A DNA stretch of 64,000 nt. It comes from a virus. Taxonomy: Duplodnaviria; Caudoviricetes. The DNA is taken from positions 1,460-65,459 of IMG/VR virus record IMGVR_UViG_2934897587_000001; one strand, 5' to 3'. Each line of letters begins with the position of its first letter. Position 1 is the first letter of the stretch. Shown in pieces: positions 18,913 through 28,103 of the stretch. Below the pieces are notes generated by a model. It searched no databases and was not told the origin of the DNA. It saw only the letters and a list, made by a program, of their open reading frames with translations. Position numbers and translations under genes: made by a program.

Positions 18913-19398
18913 ATGACCACCACCCCCGACCTCGCCGAACTGCAACCCCTCGCCGTCCTCATCGGGCGCACCATCCAGGCGACACCCGCCCGCCTCGGCT
19001 CGATCGAGGGCGCCGCCGACCTCACCGCCGCGCTCACCGTGGCCGTCGCCGCCCACATGGGCCGCGAACTCGGCACCGCCCCGCGGGTCATCGGTGAGAT
19101 CGTCGCCGAGCGCACCCGGCAGGACGCCCGCTGGGGCGAGCAGAACCACCCCGACGGCACCGGCCCGCGAACTGAGGTGCTCGGCATGTCCGCCGACCTC
19201 GCCGCCCACTACGCCCGAGAGACCTGCCAGCGCAACGCCGCCGCGGGCAACGTCACCTGGGCCGACATCCTCACCGACGAGGTGTACGAAGCGCTGACCG
19301 AATCCGACCCGACCCGGCTGCGCGCCGAGCTGGTCCAGGTCGCCGCGGTCGCCGCCGCCTGGGCCGAGGCCATCGACCGGCGCTCGATCACCCCGTGA
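18913..19398 (+). CDS. MazG-like nucleotide pyrophosphohydrolase
   Basis: ERTRQDARWGEQNH...DEVYEA...LRAELVQVAAVA pattern. Confidence 0.75.
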   Translation: MTTTPDLAELQPLAVLIGRTIQATPARLGSIEGAADLTAALTVAVAAHMGRELGTAPRVIGEIVAERTRQDARWGEQNHPDGTGPRTEVLGMSADLAAHYARETCQRNAAAGNVTWADILTDEVYEALTESDPTRLRAELVQVAAVAAAWAEAIDRRSITP

Positions 19399-19670
19399 AT
19401 GCCCGCTGCGAGGACTGCGGGCGGCCACTGCGCCGCCCGTCCCCGGACGGCCTCGGCCCCCGCTGCCGCCTCAAGCTCCGGGCGGCGCCGTCCGGGCCGG
19501 ACCGTACGGCCACCGTCCCGGCCCGGCACCCGCTCGACCACGCCGCGCTCGCCGCCGCCGGCCAAACCACCATCCCCGTCCAGCCCACCCTCGACGACTG
19601 CGAACCCACCTGGCGCCCGGCACGCCGCGTCACGGACGTACCCGGACTCGATACCTGGGAGGACCGATGA
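19395..19670 (+). CDS. Zinc-finger protein (DUF6011-like)
   Basis: CEDCGRPL...GLGPRC. Confidence 0.6.
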   Translation: MNARCEDCGRPLRRPSPDGLGPRCRLKLRAAPSGPDRTATVPARHPLDHAALAAAGQTTIPVQPTLDDCEPTWRPARRVTDVPGLDTWEDR

Positions 19671-20074
19671 GCACCCCGGCCACCGAACACGTCATACGCA
19701 CCCTGCTCCGCAACGTCCGCCCCAGCCCGTCCGGCTGCTGGGAATGGACCGGCCCCCGCGACAGCGACGGCTACGGCAAGACCTCCACCAGCAACCGCAC
19801 CGTCAGCGCGCACCGCTGGCTGTGGACCCTCCTCCGCGGCGAACTCCAGCCCGAGCAGCACCTCGACCACCTCTGCCGGGTACGCCACTGCGTCAACCCC
19901 GACCACCTCGAACCCGTCACCTGCGGCGAAAACCTCCGCCGCGGACACCTCGCCCGCCGCACCCACATCTGCCCCGAGCACGGCCTCAAGAGCCGTCGCG
20001 CCTCCGGCCGACTCGTCTGCCGCCCCTGCGACGCACAAGCCGCCCGCACCCGCCGCAGCACCGCAGCCGCCTGA
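19667..20074 (+). CDS. HNH endonuclease
   Basis: CWEWTG...GYG...AHR...DHLCRVRHCVNPDHLEPVT..EN. Confidence 0.9.
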   Translation: MSTPATEHVIRTLLRNVRPSPSGCWEWTGPRDSDGYGKTSTSNRTVSAHRWLWTLLRGELQPEQHLDHLCRVRHCVNPDHLEPVTCGENLRRGHLARRTHICPEHGLKSRRASGRLVCRPCDAQAARTRRSTAAA

Positions 20075-20250
20075 CCTCCCCGCCCCAAGGAGAACCGCCC
20101 TGCTGCCCCGCCGCCCCCACCGCCGCCGCTCTTGGCTCGGCGAACTGGCCGAGATCGTCGCCGACTTCCTCGTCTCGCTCATCACCCGCTGACACGCCCC
20201 GCCCGGCCGCCGCGCGCGGCCGGGCCCGAACCCATTGGAGAACAAGCCCC

Positions 20251-20571
20251 ATGACCGATATCCACGAGTACGAGCGCAGTCCCCACAGCAACGCCGGGAA
20301 CTGCCGCTGCGGCCTGCACTACGAATCCCACCGGCACCCGCACCCGTACACACAGGCCCGGCAGAGCAACCTGTGCGTCTGCGCCCAGCCCGCCGTCGCT
20401 CCGATCCACACCGATGCGGACACCGCCCACGCCAACCCGATCTATCCGGAGCGCCCGGCCTCCAGTCAGCGCGGTATCGAGGCCGGACGCGAAGCCGTCA
20501 GGCAGGCGCGCGGAGACGACGCCTGCCCGCAGACCCCGATCCTCTTCGCCCACGGCGAGGACGCTCAATGA
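20251..20571 (+). CDS. Hypothetical protein
   Basis: GGAG RBS; Cys/His-rich. Confidence 0.5.
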   Translation: MTDIHEYERSPHSNAGNCRCGLHYESHRHPHPYTQARQSNLCVCAQPAVAPIHTDADTAHANPIYPERPASSQRGIEAGREAVRQARGDDACPQTPILFAHGEDAQ

Positions 20572-20774
20572 GCGAGCGCGCCCTGAACGCCTGCGGATTC
20601 TCCAGCGAGACGATCGCCGCCGAATACGAGACCGACGCCGCCCTGGCCGAGGCCAACAACGACATGGGCGACCCGTACATCACTGCCGCACTTGCCGCAG
20701 AGGATGACCAGCGCGACCTCGACCGTCAAGCCGTCGCCCACCAGAACCCCGGAGAGGACATCAACCGTGCCTGA
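20568..20774 (+). CDS. Hypothetical acidic protein
   Basis: ATGA overlap with GAGG RBS. Confidence 0.5.
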   Translation: MSERALNACGFSSETIAAEYETDAALAEANNDMGDPYITAALAAEDDQRDLDRQAVAHQNPGEDINRA

Positions 20775-22470
20775 GTACTTCGCGTCGATCGGCGAGGCGA
20801 TCGGCTCCGCCATGGCGCACAACGCCCGCATGGCCGCCGATCTCGCCACCGCCCGCCACCTCGCCGACCAGGCCGCAGTCGCCAGACCGGTCCCGGCCGG
20901 CGGCAACGCCGAGGACTGCCCCCGCTGCACCGGCACCAACCCGCCGTACCCGTTCCTCTGCCCCGGCCACCCCGCCGAGTGCGGTCCCGAGTGCGCCGAG
21001 GGCCACCTCTACGCCTACCGCTGCGCCCTCAAGCCCTCGCCCCCGGACCCTGCCTTCCAACTCCACGCCGCGGCCGACAAGCTGCGCGGCCTCACCGCCG
21101 CCGCCGACCACGACGTCGACACCAACCCGTATTGGCAGTCCGAACTCACCGACCGCCCCGACTGGTACGCCAACGGCATCCGAAACGCTCTCGGCTGCCC
21201 GGCCGGAGATCTCGCCGCCGCCCTCACCCCGACCGCCTGCGCTGGCCTCGCCGACTGGCTCGACGGCGCGTCCCGGGACGCTGTAGAGATCGGCCCCGAC
21301 CCGCATGCCCTCGCCTTCGCCGAGCACCTGCTCGGCGGGAACGGCGACGGTCGTCAGCAGGACACCGCCGGGACAGTCTCGGACACGGGCAGGACACCGG
21401 ACACCAGCCCCGCCGGACAGTCCCGGACACCCGAGACACTGCAGGCCAACGAGCCGGGACAGCAGGACAAGACGCCGGACGCCGAGCAGGACAACGTCCT
21501 CGACGTGCTGCTCGCCCGACTGCTCCGCGGCGCCATCCTCCGAGACGAACGCGCCCTGCTGCGCCAGCACGTCGAGCAACTGCGCGCCGACCGCGACCTG
21601 AAGGGCGACGCCGCCAGAGAACGAGCCGACCTCCTCGAAGAGACCCGGGACGCCCTCGAAGCAGCCGGCGAACCCGGCGCGCACGCCGACGACTGGCCCG
21701 CCACAGCACCGGGCGTGCACCGCCTCGCATCCGCGCGCGATCGTCTCGCTGCCGAGGTTGCCCGGCTCCGCGCCGGTGAGGAGCCCCTGCCCGCTGGGCA
21801 CAGCCCCGCCGCCTGCACCCCGGCACAGTGGATCTGGATGTGGAACAAGGCCCACGCCGAGGCGCGACTCTTGTACGCCAAGGGGATCATTGCCGCGGAA
21901 GCGAACCACATCGAGCAGTGCAACACCATTGCCCGCGTGCGGGAGGTGACCGACCGAGACGAGCCTCTCGGCCGGTTCATGGGAGACGAGCCTGACGGGT
22001 ACGCACGCGGCTGGGCGGCAGCCATGGACACCGTCGAGACCGCCCTCGACGGCCCGCCCGCCGATACCTGCCGCCCGGTCGAGGTCGACGGCGAGACGAT
22101 CCGCGTACACGGCACCGGGGACCTCAGCGAAGAAGGGCACGAGGCCGTGGCCGCGCTGGTGCGCGCGGCCAAGCGGCGGTACCAGGCCGAGCACAGCCCG
22201 GCCGGCGGGCAGGTGGACGACTCCAGCCCCGCCCCGGCCGCGGTCGTCCACCCCGACGCAGAGCAGCAGGCCAACGCCCCAGCCGAGGTGGACGAGTTGC
22301 CCGTCACCGTCGAGGCGCTCGCCCAGCTGATCTCGGACGCCGAGGCCGAGATCGACGGAGACGGAGCAAGCGCGCCGTGGGCCGACCGGCCGGCGGAGGA
22401 GACGGACCTGTGCCGCCGCTACGCCCGGTACCTGCTCCAGCGCTGCCACATCACCACCAAGGAGGCATGA
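20767..22470 (+). CDS. Large mosaic hypothetical phage protein
   Basis: GAGGA RBS, GTG start, high GC3; contains GGACA repeat cluster. Confidence 0.7.
   Translation: MPEYFASIGEAIGSAMAHNARMAADLATARHLADQAAVARPVPAGGNAEDCPRCTGTNPPYPFLCPGHPAECGPECAEGHLYAYRCALKPSPPDPAFQLHAAADKLRGLTAAADHDVDTNPYWQSELTDRPDWYANGIRNALGCPAGDLAAALTPTACAGLADWLDGASRDAVEIGPDPHALAFAEHLLGGNGDGRQQDTAGTVSDTGRTPDTSPAGQSRTPETLQANEPGQQDKTPDAEQDNVLDVLLARLLRGAILRDERALLRQHVEQLRADRDLKGDAARERADLLEETRDALEAAGEPGAHADDWPATAPGVHRLASARDRLAAEVARLRAGEEPLPAGHSPAACTPAQWIWMWNKAHAEARLLYAKGIIAAEANHIEQCNTIARVREVTDRDEPLGRFMGDEPDGYARGWAAAMDTVETALDGPPADTCRPVEVDGETIRVHGTGDLSEEGHEAVAALVRAAKRRYQAEHSPAGGQVDDSSPAPAAVVHPDAEQQANAPAEVDELPVTVEALAQLISDAEAEIDGDGASAPWADRPAEETDLCRRYARYLLQRCHITTKEA
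21360..21493 (+). repeat. Cluster of 10 GGACA direct repeats
   Basis: Copies at 21360, 21371, 21381, 21392, 21399, 21415, 21425, 21457, 21465, 21489. Confidence 0.8.
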
Positions 22471-22718
22471 CCATGCCCCTGCGGCGCTGGAGAGAACGCC
22501 TGCCCGACCACACCCACACCGGCTGGCACGAACTCGCACACGTCCTGTACGAGCCCGCCGACCTGGGCCGCACCACCCGCTACCGAGTCCGGTTCCCGCT
22601 GCTCCACCACCTCCACCTGCTCCCCGGCGCCTGGATGACCCGGCTGTGCGATCGGTACGACCGGCGGCAGGGGCTCAGCGAGCAGGCGATTCGAGACCGG
22701 GGACCAACAGGACGCTGA
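22467..22718 (+). CDS. Hypothetical protein
   Basis: AAGGAGG RBS, ATGA overlap. Confidence 0.55.
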   Translation: MTMPLRRWRERLPDHTHTGWHELAHVLYEPADLGRTTRYRVRFPLLHHLHLLPGAWMTRLCDRYDRRQGLSEQAIRDRGPTGR

Positions 22719-22751
22719 CCGCCTGCTCGCCGACATCCTGGCCGCCCTCGA

Positions 22752-22972
22752 CACTCCCGAACGTTAGGGAGTGAATCCACAAGTCCGCTGCTACATTCAA
22801 CGAGTTGACGTTGTTCCTTGGCGGGTCCAGCGACAGCTTGTCGGGGCTTCCTCCGGGGGTGGTAGCCCGGGGGCCCCGACCAGGAACAGGCATCCGACCT
22901 GCGAGGACGTAGCAGAGGATGAAGATCCTCAACATCTGAGTGGCGGCACCGTGGGTGCCGCCACTTTCGTTT
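22752..22972 (+). ncRNA. Candidate structured non-coding RNA ending in an intrinsic terminator
   Basis: Nested complementary segments and a 12-bp terminal hairpin 22939-22965 followed by T-rich tail; no convincing ORF. Confidence 0.4.
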
Positions 22973-23206
22973 GCGCAGGCAGTCCGAACACGGAAGTCAC
23001 CGCGCCTGGGCAGGAGTCAACGAGCAGCCTACCGGCAGGGTCCGACACTTCCCGTGTGTGCGAAGCCGCACTCGCCGGCGAGGCCAGAAGCAGAGCACGC
23101 CTACGCCACCGCCCAGTACCTGCTCCAGCGCTGCCACATCGCCACCAAGGGCGGGCCGAACACCGGCTGATGCAGTACGGCGCCCCGTCAGACCGGCGGG
23201 GCGCCG

Positions 23207-23416
23207 TCACATCCACACGTCCGGCCCGCCGCCCCGCCACTCGATCAGCGCGGCGTCATCGAGCGCCACGGTGTCCGGGTCGAGCCCGGCCCGGCGCAGG
23301 AACTCCAGCAGGTCCACCACGCCGTACGCCAGGCCCGCGATCGTGCCGCGGATCGTCACCCGCCGGCCACCCGTCGGCGACGGCGGGTGCACGATCACGG
23401 GCGGATGCTCGGCCAT
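23207..23416 (-). CDS. Small Streptomyces-type hypothetical protein
   Basis: VHPPSPTGGRRVT...EFLRRAGL...IEWRGGGPDVW family pattern. Confidence 0.75.
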   Translation of the reverse strand: MAEHPPVIVHPPSPTGGRRVTIRGTIAGLAYGVVDLLEFLRRAGLDPDTVALDDAALIEWRGGGPDVWM

Positions 23417-23513
23417 GACTCCACCGTGCCGCTGGACGCCCGGCCACGCATCCCGGGCCACCGGGACGCCCGAACCTGCCCCGCCCGGGAGCCGCGGCCG
23501 CTACCGTCGCGGT

Positions 23514-23855
23514 GTGCGATACGTCCACTACTGCGTGCCCTGCGACGCCTGGTCGCCCGAACGGCCCGACAGCTACCAGGCCACCGCAGACCGCGACGAA
23601 CACCGCCGCGACGCCCACCACCCACTCACCCCACGCGACCGCATCGAGGAGATCCCCGGCCCCGTGGACGTCGCAGCGCGCGCGCTGGCCTCCGCCCTCG
23701 GGCGCGCGGCACGCACGGGCATCCGGAAGGCCGCCACCTCCGATGCCGTCCGGCAGGTCCGCGCGTCCGCGTACTGGCAGCAGGCCGTACGGCTCCTCGC
23801 CATCGGCACCGGCGTGCTCGTCCTCGGAGCCGTGATCGTGCACAAGGTGCTCTGA
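23514..23855 (+). CDS. Hypothetical protein (N-terminal CxxC/His, C-terminal TM)
   Basis: TACCGT -10 just upstream (leaderless); high GC3. Confidence 0.55.
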   Translation: MRYVHYCVPCDAWSPERPDSYQATADRDEHRRDAHHPLTPRDRIEEIPGPVDVAARALASALGRAARTGIRKAATSDAVRQVRASAYWQQAVRLLAIGTGVLVLGAVIVHKVL

Positions 23856-23900
23856 CACCCCGCCGAGCCGCACAACTCGCGCGACCCGGCGGGGCCCGTG

Positions 23901-24695
23901 CTACTCGCTGCGCTCAGCCTCGCGCGGCCATCGGGCAGTCGAGTCGCGCTGAACCGGGTAGTTCACGGCGAACCTGTCAGCCGGCATCCGCGTTCGGTTG
24001 ACCTCCACGACCTGCTCACCCACGCGAGACACCCGCGTCACCACCAGGACAGGCAGCCCAGCACCTATGCGCAGCTGCTGCTGCTCCCGGTCATCGGCCG
24101 GGCGGGAACTCACCGTCTCCTCCCAGGAGATCGGTGCGTCGAGGAACTCCTCGATCCGGTCGTAGATGCCGCCGGGCCCAGTGCGTGCCGCGCCGAGGAC
24201 CGGCAGTTGACCGACAAGGGACATCGGCAGGTACGAGGTGGCCAGTTGCAGGGGGTGCGCCGCGTTCGGCGGCCCCACGGCCCGGTCCCGGATCATGACG
24301 TGATCGCCCTTGGCCGCGCCCAGCAGCTCAGCAACATCAGCCGGCGGCACGCCAACCTCCTGAGTCGCGGCACCCACGCCGCGCCAGTCCTGCGCGCCAC
24401 GGTCGAAGAAATAGCCCAGCTGATCGCGGTAGACGTGTCGATCTCGGGCGACTATCGGCGCCGGTGCCGGTGGACGGATGAAGGTCCCGCGGCGCCCCTC
24501 GCTGTAGAGCACCCCTTCCGAGACCAGGTGCTGGACGGCGCGATTGGCCGTCTGGCGGGCCACTTCGTAGCGGTCTTTCAGCCGATCGATGCCGGGGATT
24601 GGCCGGTCGGTTGGCCAGGTTCCGGCCTCAATGTCGCGCCGGATTCGTGCCGCAACGTCCCTGTAGCCGGTCATGTCTGACTCCTCTCGGGGCAT
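23901..24695 (-). CDS. GntR/HutC-family (KorSA/TraR-like) repressor with UTRA domain
   Basis: YRDVAARIRRDIEAG...YEVARQTANRAV...EG...RRGTF; AGGAGG RBS; divergent from a membrane-protein operon. Confidence 0.88.
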   Translation of the reverse strand: MPREESDMTGYRDVAARIRRDIEAGTWPTDRPIPGIDRLKDRYEVARQTANRAVQHLVSEGVLYSEGRRGTFIRPPAPAPIVARDRHVYRDQLGYFFDRGAQDWRGVGAATQEVGVPPADVAELLGAAKGDHVMIRDRAVGPPNAAHPLQLATSYLPMSLVGQLPVLGAARTGPGGIYDRIEEFLDAPISWEETVSSRPADDREQQQLRIGAGLPVLVVTRVSRVGEQVVEVNRTRMPADRFAVNYPVQRDSTARWPREAERSE

Positions 24696-24828
24696 CCCTT
24701 CACCTCCTATCCTATACAGCCCACGCTATGTGGGGTAGTGTCGTGGCTGTTCACCACGCAAGTGGCCCCGAACTACGCACAGTTCAGGGGCCCATGCGAC
24801 CCCTGCCCTGCCACTGGGAGGAACCCGC

Positions 24829-25521
24829 ATGCCCGCGAACACTATCCCGCCCAACCCGCCCGTATCCCAGCAGGACGACGCGCTGCGCCGCGCCCGCGCC
24901 GCCGATCAGAACTGGCAGACCCGCCGCGCCCTCACCGCGCTGGCCGCCACCACTCCCCGCCGCCGGCCGTTCATCGCGCAGGCCGCCACGGACTACCTCT
25001 CCCAGGTCGACCGCCGCTGCCTCCCCGTCGGCTACCAGGCGCCGATCGACGACGACCGACGCAACAGGATCGACGCCTACCGCATGCGCGGCGGCGACAC
25101 CCTCACCCGCATGCTCGGCCTCGCCGTCCACCCCGCCGACGAGTACCTGCCGCAGACCGCCCGCGCCGTCCTCGCCAACATCAACGCCACCGTCGACCAG
25201 CTCACCGACGCCGCCCGCCGCACTGGCAACCCCCTCGCCGTCGCCACGATCTACATGGCCACAGGCGCCATCCCCACGGAGGCGCCACAGCCCCTGGCGA
25301 CGAACTACGACAACTACGGCAGCATCTGGGGCCACGACACCACCGCCGACTCCGACGCCGCGATCGCAACCAGCCGAGCCGACGGCGCCAACATCAACGA
25401 GTGGAACGTCACCGACCGGACCGGTCGGTTGATGCGGATCGTCCGGATCGCCGATCCCGACTTCCTCGACACGATCATCGAATACCCGGCCATTCCCGTC
25501 CCCGCCGGCGCCGCGCGATGA
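24829..25521 (+). CDS. Hypothetical protein, first gene of the Kor-associated operon
   Basis: GGAGG RBS; 230 aa, high GC3. Confidence 0.7.
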   Translation: MPANTIPPNPPVSQQDDALRRARAADQNWQTRRALTALAATTPRRRPFIAQAATDYLSQVDRRCLPVGYQAPIDDDRRNRIDAYRMRGGDTLTRMLGLAVHPADEYLPQTARAVLANINATVDQLTDAARRTGNPLAVATIYMATGAIPTEAPQPLATNYDNYGSIWGHDTTADSDAAIATSRADGANINEWNVTDRTGRLMRIVRIADPDFLDTIIEYPAIPVPAGAAR

Positions 25522-25796
25522 CCGCCCCCGGCCGCGCGCCCCTCGACTGGCTGCTCACCACCACCGCCCGCCGCATCCCCGGCGCCAGCCCCACCGCACC
25601 CCTCACCCACGCCCACGTCGCCCTCATGGCCGAACTGACCATCTGGGACTGGTACGGCACCGGAGAGCCCACAGCCGAATCGCGGGCCGACGCCCAGGCA
25701 CTGCGCGAGGCACTCGACAAGGTCCCCATCAACGGCGCCACCCGCGACGAATACGCCACCCGCATCTGCCTCACGGCACAGGGGGTGACGCTGTGA
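25518..25796 (+). CDS. Hypothetical protein
   Basis: ATGA overlap. Confidence 0.6.
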   Translation: MTAPGRAPLDWLLTTTARRIPGASPTAPLTHAHVALMAELTIWDWYGTGEPTAESRADAQALREALDKVPINGATRDEYATRICLTAQGVTL

Positions 25797-25969
25797 CGAT
25801 CGCCGACGACCGCGCACCCGCCGCCCCGGCCCCCGAGCCGGACCGCACCCCCCACGCGAACCGCATCCTCAGCGAACCCGCCACCCTCGCGCGCTGCGCC
25901 CAGGACTACGCCAGCGCCGCCCCCACCCGCGCCGCAGCCGCCAAACAGCAGGCCGCACACCGACGCTGA
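25793..25969 (+). CDS. Small hypothetical protein
   Basis: GTGA overlap, 58 aa. Confidence 0.45.
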   Translation: MTIADDRAPAAPAPEPDRTPHANRILSEPATLARCAQDYASAAPTRAAAAKQQAAHRR

Positions 25970-26038
25970 CACCCCCGACCGGCCGGGCCCGCCAACCCCC
26001 AGCAGCGCGGCCCGGCCACCCCACCCAGGAGCAACACC

Positions 26039-27481
26039 GTGGACCTCACACCCGCCATTGGGTGGGCAGTAGCCCACCCCTGGCCCGCTGCCACCGCAAC
26101 AGCCGCAGTCGCAGCCAGCCTGGCCCTCGCCGGCTGGCACCTCGGCCACGCCGTCCTCATCGCCGCCCTCGCAGCCATGGCCTGCACCGCCTACAGCGCA
26201 GACACCAGCTGGGGATTCGCGAAGCACCGCCTCGGCATGACCGACGACACCGAACGCATCGCGATGTTCGCCGCCGCCGAGATCGCCCTGCTCGCCTGTG
26301 GCCTGCTGGCCCGCGCCAACAAGGCCGCCACCGCCACCGAACAGGACGCCGGAACAGCTGGAGTCCCTGGCGTCCTCGTCTGGGTCATCACCGGCGTGCA
26401 GATCATCCCGGCGTATTCGGAGTCCGGTTTCGTCGGCGGAACCGTCCGCGCCATCATCGGCCCCGTCATGGCCGGCCTGCTCTGGCACATGGCCATGGGC
26501 CTGGAGATCCGTATCGTCCGCCCCGGCGCCCTCTCCACCGGCCTGCCCGCCCTCATAGGCCGGGAGTTGCGTGAACGCCTGCTCTCGCACCTCGGACTGG
26601 CCGTACGAGACCGCAGCGCCGAGCAGATCAGCCGCGACCGGGCACTGGCCCGGGCCGTACGCCTCGGCTCCCGCAAGCGCCTCTACCCCTGGGGCCGCAA
26701 ACGCTGCGCCGCCGCCCTCACCCGATCCGGCGTCGCCACCGACCCCACCCAGCGGCACCGCCTCATGCTCGAACTCGCAGCCCGCCGCGGCGCACCCGCC
26801 CTCACCACCATCGCCCTGCCCTCCCTCTGGGAGCCACCGCAGGAGCCTGCGCAACCGCGCACCATGCCCGCACTCGCGCACCAGGAACTCGCCGAGATGC
26901 ACCCCATAGAGGCGATCCGGCGAGTGCACTCCGCGCACCCGGATGCGCACCCCGCCGAACTCGCCAGCATCACCACCGCCCACGGCGTCGTCGTCTCCGA
27001 GCAGATGGTTCGCATCGCCATCGGCGCCGGCAACCCACCCCCGCAGCCCGCAGCCCCGGCCGCAACCACCCCCGCAATCGACGCTGCACCCCGGGATGCG
27101 CTCGTGCTCGACATCGTCACCGAGCCCGAGGTGCACCCCGAGATGCGCGCACCCGCACGCGCATTCGCCGCAGACCAGCGCCGAGATGCAGTGCACGTCC
27201 CCATCCCCGAATGCGCACCCGCAGATGCACCCGAGGAGCGCGAGCCCGTTCCGGATGCGCACCCAGAGCCCGAGCCGGAATGCACCGACGACGAGCCCGA
27301 GTGGGCCGACGAACCCGAGCCAGATGCGCACCCGGATGCGGCCACGGATGCACTCCCCGTCGACCTCATCGAGCAGGCACGCGCACTCGGCCGGCCCGCA
27401 TCCCTCCGGACGCTCCAGAGGGGATTGGGCATCGGACAGAAGCGCGCCCAGCTCCTCCAGAAGATCACCAAGGGGGACTGA
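26039..27481 (+). CDS. Multi-TM Spd/transfer-like membrane protein with C-terminal FtsK-gamma-like wHTH
   Basis: Several TM helices; Pro/Glu/Ala linker; C-terminal ASLRTLQRGLGIGQKRAQLL. Confidence 0.75.
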   Translation: MDLTPAIGWAVAHPWPAATATAAVAASLALAGWHLGHAVLIAALAAMACTAYSADTSWGFAKHRLGMTDDTERIAMFAAAEIALLACGLLARANKAATATEQDAGTAGVPGVLVWVITGVQIIPAYSESGFVGGTVRAIIGPVMAGLLWHMAMGLEIRIVRPGALSTGLPALIGRELRERLLSHLGLAVRDRSAEQISRDRALARAVRLGSRKRLYPWGRKRCAAALTRSGVATDPTQRHRLMLELAARRGAPALTTIALPSLWEPPQEPAQPRTMPALAHQELAEMHPIEAIRRVHSAHPDAHPAELASITTAHGVVVSEQMVRIAIGAGNPPPQPAAPAATTPAIDAAPRDALVLDIVTEPEVHPEMRAPARAFAADQRRDAVHVPIPECAPADAPEEREPVPDAHPEPEPECTDDEPEWADEPEPDAHPDAATDALPVDLIEQARALGRPASLRTLQRGLGIGQKRAQLLQKITKGD

Positions 27482-27482
27482 G

Positions 27483-28091
27483 ATGCGCGACGAGAACCGC
27501 ATCCGCCGCCTGGCCCGCCGCATCCGCCCCGCGAAGACGGCCGAGCCGCAGCCACCCGCCGTAGAGATCACCATCACGCCGCCGCCCGAAGACCGCGAAG
27601 AAGACTGGCTCGACCGCCTTTTCGCCCAGCAGGACGAAGAAGCCGAGACCGAAGCGGAGACCGGGCCCGAGAAGCACCCCACCCCCTGGTACTCCCTCGG
27701 CAAGAGCCAGCCCGCCGTCGCGCCGGAATCCCACCAGCCAGCACCCGGCGTTCAGGTCAACATCAACCCGCCCGCGCCCTCGCCCGACGACGAGCGCGCC
27801 CGCCAGCGCCGGCACCGTCGCCAGCTCTGGGTCGCCTACCACGGGTCCGCGGCCGCCGTCGGCTGGTACGTCGGCCTCGGCCCGCAGATGGCCCACCTCC
27901 TCGACTCGTCCGGCACCGCCGCACCCGCCGTAGGAATCGGCCTCATCATCTGCACCGGCTGGCCCCTGGCGTACCTCAAGCCCACCCACCTGCCCGACAG
28001 CCTGCGCCCCGTGGCCACCTGGGCATCCCGCATTCCCCCCGCCACCGCCGCGCTCGTTCTCGCCCTCCACTCGGCGCACCCACTCATCTAG
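27483..28091 (+). CDS. Membrane protein (spread-operon-like)
   Basis: Acidic/Pro N-terminus, 2-3 C-terminal TM helices. Confidence 0.7.
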   Translation: MRDENRIRRLARRIRPAKTAEPQPPAVEITITPPPEDREEDWLDRLFAQQDEEAETEAETGPEKHPTPWYSLGKSQPAVAPESHQPAPGVQVNINPPAPSPDDERARQRRHRRQLWVAYHGSAAAVGWYVGLGPQMAHLLDSSGTAAPAVGIGLIICTGWPLAYLKPTHLPDSLRPVATWASRIPPATAALVLALHSAHPLI

Positions 28092-28103
28092 GAGCCCAAC
28101 ATC

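Larger units (their letters stand above)
22422..23150 (+). repeat. 41-bp imperfect direct repeat (22422-22462 and 23110-23150)
   Basis: cgccc(g/a)gtacctgctccagcgctgccacatc(a/g)ccaccaagg, 39/41 identical. Confidence 0.9.

Noticed and set aside
22422-23150. Repeat pair as a diversity-generating retroelement TR/VR
   Set aside because: Only 41 bp, the two mismatches run in opposite directions (G/A and A/G), and no reverse transcriptase is present in the window.
22771-23418. 215-aa ORF across the candidate RNA
   Set aside because: Atypical codon usage, crosses a terminator hairpin and overlaps a better minus-strand gene.
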